From a virus (Duplodnaviria > Caudoviricetes): a stretch of DNA of 61,371 bases. This document shows positions 54,120-61,371 of the stretch, in pieces (position 1 is the first letter of the stretch; every line of letters starts with the position of its first letter). The DNA lies in IMG/VR virus record IMGVR_UViG_3300037296_000114, positions 1 to 61,371 of that record; one strand, 5' to 3'. Position numbers and translations under genes: made by a program. The notes under the pieces were generated by a model. It saw only the letters and a list, made by a program, of their open reading frames with translations, had not been told where the DNA came from and searched no databases.

Positions 54120-55958
54120 TCAGTCACCCAGATAGAGGTCTGGCAAGGGTTGCTGCTGCGGTGCCGCCAGCGCCGCCCCTGCCGCGCGGTTGGACTGAAC
54201 ATACTCAATCGCCATCTGCGTTTGCTGATCTGGCGTGAGTTTGGCCCACTCACCAAAGTCAAGCTGCTCGGACAGTGCCTTTTTTGCGCCCGCAATGTCG
54301 TCCGCGTTCGAGGCTGGTGCTTTCGCCCCAGCTTTGACTTGTTCGAGGATGATGCTGCGCTCAAACTTGCGCTGATCCGCCGCGACCTCGCCCGCCTGCG
54401 AAAGCTGGCCCCAAAGGTTCTCGAACACCTGTTCAGGAGAGAGGGCATAGAGACCTTCGCGGATAATGTCGGCCTGATCCTCGTACTTCTTCACAAACGT
54501 CTCGCCGGTCTCTACGTTTTTGAACGTGATCTGCGCGCCGGTCACAGCCCCGTCGCTCCCGCGCTCAAAACCCGATTCAGCACGGATAACCTCATATCCA
54601 TCATCGTATGAGTTGTAGGTGTCCGACATGTGATCAAGGAAGGCATCATCGTCACCAATGGTCGCGGCATGCACGGCCTTGCCCCAGCTTTCAAGCTGCC
54701 CGCGCGCCTCACGGCTACCCGCCCACGTCTCAAATGCCTGGGCTTTCTCGATGTTACCCTGCGAGGCGTAATACTGGATGATCTTGGGCACGGCGGTTTC
54801 CGCGTAGTGATCCAAGAAACTCTTTGACGCGCGATCTGCCTGCGCCTTCGTCGTCTTGACCGCACCATTCGGCCCCACAACACCCTTGGGCTTTGGCGCT
54901 GTCTCTGCTGCCGATGCAAGGGATGGTGCGCCGCCCTTGTCTGGTGGCGCGGTGACGGCCTGCTCGAAGTCTGCCGCAGCTTCCGCTTGATCCTGTGGCG
55001 CAACGGCCGCCGCAGGTGAGGTGTTCACGGGCGCGTCAGGCCCGCCCTGTGGTGGCGCTGGTTGCTGCACTACCGAACGCGGCACCGGAGACTGTGCAGC
55101 GGGTGTGACCGGCTGTTGTCCGTTGGTTGGTGCTGGCCCTGCCATTTGCGGGGTTGCACGCCCTACGTCCGGTCCCTGCCCCTCGTTCGCAGCTGGTGCT
55201 TGATTGCCTGCCCCAACAACATACTGGCGGCGCATTTCTGTCTCTTGCGGCGTCAGTGGCTCATATGTCTGGCTATTCAGGCCCGTCTGCAATTCACGCC
55301 GCGCCGTTTCTGCAATCTGCGCAGCATCCTGCCCCGCCGCAGACGGTTGCCATGAAGGCATTGGCTGGTCCGTCTCTGCTGGGCGCTGTGGGCGCTGTGC
55401 AACGCGGGGCATGCCCGCTGGAACCTGCTGTGCGGACTGCACGGCTGGCGTGCCTGACATTGCCGCCTGACCCAAGCCGCGAGGTTGGCGAGGCGCCTGT
55501 GGGGCGCCATAGCCTTGCGCATACTGCGGTGCGCCGCGCTCAAATTCAGGCTGATCGGCAGGACGTCGCGCGGGATCGGCAGACACCGCCGCACCTTCCG
55601 GCCCCTGTGGTGCGCCTGCGGATGGATCGTCTGGCTGTACGGGCGTCCCGCCGTACGTCTCATACTCGGCATAGCTGTCTTCTGCGTCCTGACCAATGGC
55701 GGCCAGAACCGAACGCTCCTTTTCCGCGCGGTTGTATTCGGTGTCGGTGCGGCCCCATACAGTTTCTTGGCGGGCGCGCGTTTTGTCGGTCCATGCGTCG
55801 TCCCGCTCCCACGATTCCTCCTGACGCTCACGCGACTTTGCCAGCCAATCGTCGTCCTTGGACTTGCGTTCACGATCCTTTTTCTTGTCTTTCAGGTCTT
55901 CGCCGTAGGTGTATCCACCGAAAGCGCCTTGAATAAATGATCCCAGACCACGTTGCAT
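54120..55958 (-). CDS. Internal virion/ejection protein
   Basis: Begins MQRGLGSFIQGAFGG; Pro/Gln/Ala-rich disordered middle; located before the giant protein. Confidence 0.65.
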   Translation of the reverse strand: MQRGLGSFIQGAFGGYTYGEDLKDKKKDRERKSKDDDWLAKSRERQEESWERDDAWTDKTRARQETVWGRTDTEYNRAEKERSVLAAIGQDAEDSYAEYETYGGTPVQPDDPSAGAPQGPEGAAVSADPARRPADQPEFERGAPQYAQGYGAPQAPRQPRGLGQAAMSGTPAVQSAQQVPAGMPRVAQRPQRPAETDQPMPSWQPSAAGQDAAQIAETARRELQTGLNSQTYEPLTPQETEMRRQYVVGAGNQAPAANEGQGPDVGRATPQMAGPAPTNGQQPVTPAAQSPVPRSVVQQPAPPQGGPDAPVNTSPAAAVAPQDQAEAAADFEQAVTAPPDKGGAPSLASAAETAPKPKGVVGPNGAVKTTKAQADRASKSFLDHYAETAVPKIIQYYASQGNIEKAQAFETWAGSREARGQLESWGKAVHAATIGDDDAFLDHMSDTYNSYDDGYEVIRAESGFERGSDGAVTGAQITFKNVETGETFVKKYEDQADIIREGLYALSPEQVFENLWGQLSQAGEVAADQRKFERSIILEQVKAGAKAPASNADDIAGAKKALSEQLDFGEWAKLTPDQQTQMAIEYVQSNRAAGAALAAPQQQPLPDLYLGD

Positions 55959-55959
55959 G

Positions 55960-56805
55960 TTATATCGCCTTTTTGCCGTAGAACCGTGAGAGGATTTCCT
56001 CACCGGCTGGTTTCTTTGGGATTACGCCTCTGCTGTAGCTCAAGGGCTTGCCAGATGATACCGACGCAGGTGCGGCTGTGGGGGCTGGTGGCGGCGCTGC
56101 ACGCTCCTTTGGCGCTGCGCTCGGCAACCTGATCGAGTTGGCGATAGAGCCGACACTGGCGGCGTAGTTTGGGTCTGTCGCGTACCCAGACCTGCCAAGA
56201 GCGGCAAGTTGACCGTCAAGGTCTCCGGCTGCCAGCATCGGCTTGTAGCGGGGGTTGGTTTGCAGGAACTCGCCATAGCCGCGCACACTGTCCCCCATCC
56301 CTTCGTAGCCCCGAAAGCTGTCGTTGATGCGAACAGTCTGGCCGTTCACCACCTCGTTCGTCGCCATCGTGTTGCCACCAGCCTTGCCGTGAGACTTTAT
56401 CCCAAAGAAGTTGTTGCCGGGAGCAGACTTGCCCCAGCCGGTTTCCTGTGCGGCCTGCGCGATGATGAGGCGAGGATCGAGGCCCGTTTGCTGGCCCACC
56501 TCAATCGCGTAGGGCATCATGTCGGCGATAAACGTGTCGCGGTTTCCGCCCCCGCTGTAGGACGTGCTGGCCCGACCGCCGCCACCGCTTGTTGCCGCAC
56601 CGCCGCCCATTTTCCCCGCCGCATCAAAGCCCCGCTCCATACCGTCGTAATAGATGCCACGCTCCGTCTGCTTACGGTCTGCGCTGGCTTGCATTGCATC
56701 CGTGCGCGCGTTCTGCGCCTCACGATCCTTGCGGCGCTCTTTCAGGTTCAGGCCCGTGGATGCTCCACCAGCCAAGCCCGAGAAAAAGGAACCCGCGCCG
56801 CTCAT
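55960..56805 (-). CDS. Ejection protein with FlgJ-like glucosaminidase (GH73) domain
   Basis: IIAQAAQETGWG...NNFFGIK...FRGY...GYATDPNY. Confidence 0.9.
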   Translation of the reverse strand: MSGAGSFFSGLAGGASTGLNLKERRKDREAQNARTDAMQASADRKQTERGIYYDGMERGFDAAGKMGGGAATSGGGGRASTSYSGGGNRDTFIADMMPYAIEVGQQTGLDPRLIIAQAAQETGWGKSAPGNNFFGIKSHGKAGGNTMATNEVVNGQTVRINDSFRGYEGMGDSVRGYGEFLQTNPRYKPMLAAGDLDGQLAALGRSGYATDPNYAASVGSIANSIRLPSAAPKERAAPPPAPTAAPASVSSGKPLSYSRGVIPKKPAGEEILSRFYGKKAI

Positions 56806-57263
56806 GCACCAATACCGAACAGTTCGTCGATCTGTACTTCTGTCAAAGAAAGCCATGAACCCAAAGACAAAACAAACGGATGCAGTCGGTCAACGCTTCC
56901 GGTCGCAGCCCACTCGATCTGCGCGTCTACCGACTGCGCAGGGTCTAGGAATGACAAGAAGCTGTCCATCACGGCAGGCCACTCGCCTTTGGCCGCAGCG
57001 ATTGCGTCAGTAGGTTGCAAAACGCCTTCTGTGGCAAGTGCGATGCAAAACTCGCGGCGCGTGATCGACACTGCTCTTTTTGCCGCTATCTCTTTTACAG
57101 TGATGGAATCTATCTCGGCTTGTGTAGGCGGTGGCGGGTAGGCGGTGTCAATTGCGTCCTGCTCGGTGTTGGCAGTCTCGCGCAAGAAAACAGTTTGGCT
57201 CAAACCATCCTCGTCGTTTTCGACGATCCACTCGTTACCGCCCTTATTTATAGCTGTAATCAT
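56802..57263 (-). CDS. Tail fibre-associated/assembly protein
   Basis: SITRREFCIAL...QIEW.....DRLHP.V..LG..L.LT..QIDELF motif found after fibre genes. Confidence 0.7.
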   Translation of the reverse strand: MITAINKGGNEWIVENDEDGLSQTVFLRETANTEQDAIDTAYPPPPTQAEIDSITVKEIAAKRAVSITRREFCIALATEGVLQPTDAIAAAKGEWPAVMDSFLSFLDPAQSVDAQIEWAATGSVDRLHPFVLSLGSWLSLTEVQIDELFGIGA

Positions 57264-57273
57264 GCTGTGCCTC

Positions 57274-58434
57274 TTACAAGAATGTCATTTGGATAGTTAC
57301 GGATGCGCCTGTTCTGTTCTCAACTTTCAGTGTGCCGTTTGCCGGTTGTGCGGATACTGTCAGATCCCCGTCAATTCCCGCCGTGCCTGTTAGGACCAAG
57401 TCGTTTGAGACCTTAAAATTGGCGCTGGTGCCCCCTGTAGTCACCTTGTCCATGCGCGGAGACCCGCCCGTGTCGTAGTAAGTAAGCCCGCTTGTGTTTT
57501 GGTCTGGGAAATTCCCACGCCCTTGTGTTGTTACAAACACCCATCCACCATTACGCGGCGTTGTGACTGTCCCAACAGCGTCATCAGCTATAGTCAGGTC
57601 AATTGATTTTATTGAGTTGCCCAATCCGTACAATGACTGAGCGGTGGTTTCAGTAATGACGGTTCTCCAGTCGCCAAACGTGGTGCCGTCTGGTGACGGT
57701 CTATAGGCCATTCTTCCATTTGGGGCGCGTTCGATTGCAAGCTGACCGCCCAGAGCGTCAAATCGTGCAAGGTTAATACCTGCGCCAAAGGAGAAAGGTA
57801 TATTTGCATCAGTGGAGGTAAACTGGAAAAATCCGCAAATTTCAAAATCGTCCATATCATTATTTGGCGGGCTCGGCGGGCTGCCTGATCCAAGACCGCC
57901 GTACCCGACTTTCATCAAGCGACCAGACGTCATGTCCAAATCATTTTGAGTAACCGCAGTGCCCGTAATCGGCACATCGACCTGAAACGCGGTGTTGCTC
58001 AACAGCCAACGGCGCACGCCACCCGTGGATGCCGCCATTTGGTTTGACGCGGGGCGGTAAAGCCCTGTGTCGGGGTCAGACACAAACGACATTGACGGAA
58101 GCGCAGCTGTACCATTCAGGAACTTGCCTGCTCCTGCGCCGGTCAACACGCTTTCGTAATTGACCAACAGCGTATTCAAGCGCGTGTTAAAGGAGACAAG
58201 CGCGGCGTAGGTCGGGAATATGCCATAGGCAGCACCAGGCTGCGAACTCCCCACATATGCTGGCGAGATGGTCAACTGTGTAGCGCTGATGACCGCAACA
58301 ACCTCATACACCTGCCTGTTCGGGCCAACGAAGGCGGCACCTGCCTGTACCGCGCCAACAAACAGCGTGCCCGCACCTGTGACCGTCGCGCTTCCGTTGG
58401 TCACCGTGACGGTGCCCGTTTTGTACCAGCTCAT
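57274..58434 (-). CDS. Tail fibre protein B
   Basis: MSWYKTGTVTVTNGSATVTG; PSMSFVSDPDTGLY; GRLMKVGYGGLG fibre motifs. Confidence 0.85.
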   Translation of the reverse strand: MSWYKTGTVTVTNGSATVTGAGTLFVGAVQAGAAFVGPNRQVYEVVAVISATQLTISPAYVGSSQPGAAYGIFPTYAALVSFNTRLNTLLVNYESVLTGAGAGKFLNGTAALPSMSFVSDPDTGLYRPASNQMAASTGGVRRWLLSNTAFQVDVPITGTAVTQNDLDMTSGRLMKVGYGGLGSGSPPSPPNNDMDDFEICGFFQFTSTDANIPFSFGAGINLARFDALGGQLAIERAPNGRMAYRPSPDGTTFGDWRTVITETTAQSLYGLGNSIKSIDLTIADDAVGTVTTPRNGGWVFVTTQGRGNFPDQNTSGLTYYDTGGSPRMDKVTTGGTSANFKVSNDLVLTGTAGIDGDLTVSAQPANGTLKVENRTGASVTIQMTFL

Positions 58435-58435
58435 C

Positions 58436-58888
58436 TTACTCTCCTAATTCAAAAGTGATCCCGAAGCTGATCACCGCATCAGCCACGCCCCCGTCTCCGG
58501 GCATAATCTGCGTAAAGGTATTGCCCTGCCTGATCTGGATGCCACCCATCGGGACGACGTCGCCCACGTGAGTTCGAAATGTTCGCCCGTCATGCGGGTA
58601 GAGCGCTAGCCCAGCGAACACTGCCACCTGGCCCTTGGGCCACTTCACCACAGGCAAAGCGGCAAGAACTGCGACAGACCCGCGACCGTAGCTGTTGCGG
58701 TAGGCACCGACACTGTAATCCAACCCCAACGCGCGGTGTTCCCACGTCAGAAATACGCCTGGGTTGACCTGCTCAAAGTTCACTGATGCGCCAAGATGCT
58801 GAGAGCCGAGCAGAACAGACATGCGATCAGGTTCAGCAGTAGCTGGATTAGAAAGCAGCGCGGTGAGAAGAAGAACATGGCGCATCAT
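58436..58888 (-). CDS. Predicted small outer-membrane beta-barrel protein
   Basis: Signal peptide (ATA/E), amphipathic strands, NPG...GAYRNSY motif, terminal strand FGITFEL. Confidence 0.65.
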   Translation of the reverse strand: MMRHVLLLTALLSNPATAEPDRMSVLLGSQHLGASVNFEQVNPGVFLTWEHRALGLDYSVGAYRNSYGRGSVAVLAALPVVKWPKGQVAVFAGLALYPHDGRTFRTHVGDVVPMGGIQIRQGNTFTQIMPGDGGVADAVISFGITFELGE

Positions 58889-61371
58889 TTGTTCACCTGC
58901 TTAATTTCGGCAGTCATGTTGAAGATCTGCGTCTGAGCGCCCGTTGTGCCGTATGAAGCGCGCACTCTAATCTTTGGAAACGAGGCCAGGTAAACTGAAC
59001 TCACGACGTTTATCGGGATGATCTTGACAGAACCGCTCAGCCTGCTTCCGTTGTTACCAGCCCCGAAATAGAATGGCTTCGGAGGACCGGTTACGGCTGT
59101 CGTGCCGTCGTTACGTACCCCGTCAACACGGAAAACAACGCTGCCGGCACTATCGGACTGAGGCTGAACTTCAAAGTGCATTTCGATGACTATCGGGTTT
59201 AGAACGCCTCCTTCGCTATTGAACTCGAAAGGAGAAAAGGAGACGTTGATCGGCCCTACTACGACTTCATTTGCGTCTAGATCCTGACCATTGGGGAACC
59301 CAGTGATATAGGTCTTGCTGATAGCGCCGATTTCAACATTTCGGCTCGTGATGGCCCCGTCCACAATCAGATCACCGGTGATCTGAACGTTCGAGAAAAA
59401 CTCGGCCAGATCGCCCACAAATTTGAACCGGTCGGAGCGCACAACGAATTGCGCCGCGACACCATTGCTGACCAGCTCGACCTCACCCGTCACGCCGCCT
59501 GCACGCGCCCGCCAGAGATAGCCCGCCTGCAAGCCATCGACCCCTGCTTTGGCCAGCGAGGTGGCTGTCGCCAGCGCATCAAGGCTGCCGTAACTGGCAC
59601 TGATCGTTTGCGTGACCGCCGAAACAGCACCGGCTGCCGTAACTCGGGTGCTCTCAAGCGTGGATACACGCCCCCGAGTAGCAGCCAGCCCTGTGGTCGC
59701 ATTGTAGACCGTGCTCTCAAGGTTGGTCGACCGCTGTGCCAGCGCGCTGTCGGCGTTTGCTGAGGTCGTAGACAGGTCAGAAAGCGCCGCCGAGGTCGCC
59801 GAGACGTCATCCTCCAGATCACCGGCCCGTGCTTCTAGATTGGTCGCACGCTGGGCCAGTGCGGCATCGGCATTGGCGGACGCCGTGGAGAGGTTGCTCA
59901 CCGCCGCCGTGGTGGCAGAGACGTCGCCCTCCAGATCAGTGGCTCGCGCTTCAAGGTTGGTCGCACGCTGGGCCAGCGCACTGTCGGCATTCGCCGAGGC
60001 CGTGGCGAGGTTACTCACCGCCGCCGTGTTGGCAGATACGTCACCCTCCAGATCACCAGCCCGTGCTTCGAGATTGGTCGCACGCTGCGCCAGCGCGCTG
60101 TCGGCGGTCGCAGAGGCCGTAGCCAGGTCAGAAAGCGCCGCCGAGGTGGCCGAGGCGTCATCCTCCAGATCACCAGCCCGTGCTTCAAGATTGGTCGCAC
60201 GCTGGGCCAGCGCACTGTCGGCATTCGCCGAGGCTGTGGCGAGGGTATTTACCGCCGCTGAAGTGGCACCCACCTCATTCTCCAGATCGTCCGCTCGCGC
60301 CTCAAGGCTTGTCGCTCGCTGCGCCAAAGCACTATCTGCATCCGAGGTGGCTGTTGCGAGGTCAGTAACAGCCGCAGAGGTCTGGGCCACATCGGTCTCA
60401 AGGTCACCCACTCGCGCGGTCACATCCTGCCGTGCACTTGCCTCTGCGGACAACGCATCTGCGCGTGCTTCAGCCTCCTGCAACACCAGCGCTTCGCTGG
60501 CTTCGATCGCGGCTGCAAGCTCCACCTCCAGCTGAGCGAGAGCCGTCCGGCCCTCGTCAATATCAGCACTCAAAGACAGGCGCGCAGAGGCCAGATCGGC
60601 GCGACGCTGCTCACCTTCTTCATAGATCCGCAAGAGGCCCGCCAGATCCGCCACCGCGGATGCTTCGCTTTCACCCGACAGCCGGCGCACGTCTCGCAAT
60701 GCAATATCGAACGCCGCCCCGTCCAGAGTGGAAAGCTCCAGCTCGGCACTGGCCACCCGCGCCTCGACGGCGCTGACTTCAGTGGAAAGTGCGCGGGCAG
60801 CGACCGCTGCGTCTAGAGCGCTGATCTCCAGCTCCGCCTGATCCTGCCGTGCGCCGAGCGTTGAGACGGTGCTTGCGTCAGCTTTTGCCGCCAGCGATGC
60901 CGTTGCGGCGTCCAGAACCAGCTGCACCTCGTTGACCTGCGCGATGATGTCGTCCAGCACGGGAAGTTGAGACGGATCCAACACCTGAGCCGCAATCTCT
61001 TCGCGGACGAACTGCTGCGATGCAAAAAGCCCGATCTGCCCAGCGATTTCATTGACGGCAATCTGCGTTTCGAACAGCGCACCCTCTAGGCTCTTGACGC
61101 CCTCGATTTTGACACTGCCATCCTCCTCATCCACGTAGACGCCAGCGCGCGCGATCGTACTACGCGTGTCACTCACCCGCATAAGCAGATCCGTAATCCG
61201 CGCCGAAATCTGCTCAAGTGAATCGTCTATGATCCGGTCCGCAGGCACCCGCGCACGCGCATCCGCCTCTACCCGCTCTTGGGTCTGCAACGCAAACTGC
61301 TCAACGACACCTACAGCTTGTCCGACGGCGCCGACCGCTTCTACTGTGTCCTCAATCACCTGCGTCACTAC
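58885..61371 (-). CDS. J-like tail protein B, 5'-truncated by the window end; paralogue of 2499..6872
   Basis: Frame is open to the window edge; AGVYVDEEDGSVKI and LDPSQLPVLDD match protein A; DUF1983-like QFVVRSDRFKF. Confidence 0.75.
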   Translation of the reverse strand, partial: VVTQVIEDTVEAVGAVGQAVGVVEQFALQTQERVEADARARVPADRIIDDSLEQISARITDLLMRVSDTRSTIARAGVYVDEEDGSVKIEGVKSLEGALFETQIAVNEIAGQIGLFASQQFVREEIAAQVLDPSQLPVLDDIIAQVNEVQLVLDAATASLAAKADASTVSTLGARQDQAELEISALDAAVAARALSTEVSAVEARVASAELELSTLDGAAFDIALRDVRRLSGESEASAVADLAGLLRIYEEGEQRRADLASARLSLSADIDEGRTALAQLEVELAAAIEASEALVLQEAEARADALSAEASARQDVTARVGDLETDVAQTSAAVTDLATATSDADSALAQRATSLEARADDLENEVGATSAAVNTLATASANADSALAQRATNLEARAGDLEDDASATSAALSDLATASATADSALAQRATNLEARAGDLEGDVSANTAAVSNLATASANADSALAQRATNLEARATDLEGDVSATTAAVSNLSTASANADAALAQRATNLEARAGDLEDDVSATSAALSDLSTTSANADSALAQRSTNLESTVYNATTGLAATRGRVSTLESTRVTAAGAVSAVTQTISASYGSLDALATATSLAKAGVDGLQAGYLWRARAGGVTGEVELVSNGVAAQFVVRSDRFKFVGDLAEFFSNVQITGDLIVDGAITSRNVEIGAISKTYITGFPNGQDLDANEVVVGPINVSFSPFEFNSEGGVLNPIVIEMHFEVQPQSDSAGSVVFRVDGVRNDGTTAVTGPPKPFYFGAGNNGSRLSGSVKIIPINVVSSVYLASFPKIRVRASYGTTGAQTQIFNMTAEIKQVNK
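59710..60410 (-). repeat. About six tandem 117-bp (39-aa) repeats in tail protein B
   Basis: Unit ExxVSATSAAxSxLATASANADSALAQRATNLEARAGDL; CCTCCAGAT recurs at 59811, 59928, 60045 and 60162. Confidence 0.9.

Noticed and set aside
57274-58434. Diversity-generating retroelement or invertible fibre shufflon
   Set aside because: No reverse transcriptase or invertase; the copies are in direct orientation and differences are not adenine-specific.

Overview
The window looks like a near-complete temperate podovirus-like phage genome of Bcep22/Lessievirus-like architecture. Its host is probably alphaproteobacterial, possibly Rhodobacteraceae; this is inferred from a GcrA-like HTH protein and GHNGGP motifs. 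Minus-strand late genes are terS, terL, portal, scaffold, a CsrA-like protein, an N4-gp56-type major capsid, adaptors, tail tube, J-like tail proteins, tail fibres, ejection proteins with a GH73 muramidase, and a ~4,730-aa DarB-like polyvalent protein. Plus-strand early genes are many small ORFs, RecE/RecT-like recombination genes, an adenine MTase, and xis-attP-int. The centre holds a cro/cI switch and replication genes; a lysis cassette and a TerB cassette follow int. attP appears intact, implying the excised form. Bases 1-127 are identical to 57492-57618, so the contig is probably a 57,491-bp circle plus an alternative or second tail branch. The main unannotated signals are: a 50-aa ORF mimicking the repressor C-terminal domain (SinI-like antirepressor candidate); a dispersed 17-bp operator palindrome TGTTGC-N5-GCAACA; a late-promoter motif; a 140-aa cassette flanked by 21-bp repeats inside the giant protein; a J/OMP/fibre/chaperone cassette; a structured leader upstream of terB; and a 12-bp repeat array next to terS. 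All family calls come from motif recognition by eye, without database searches.
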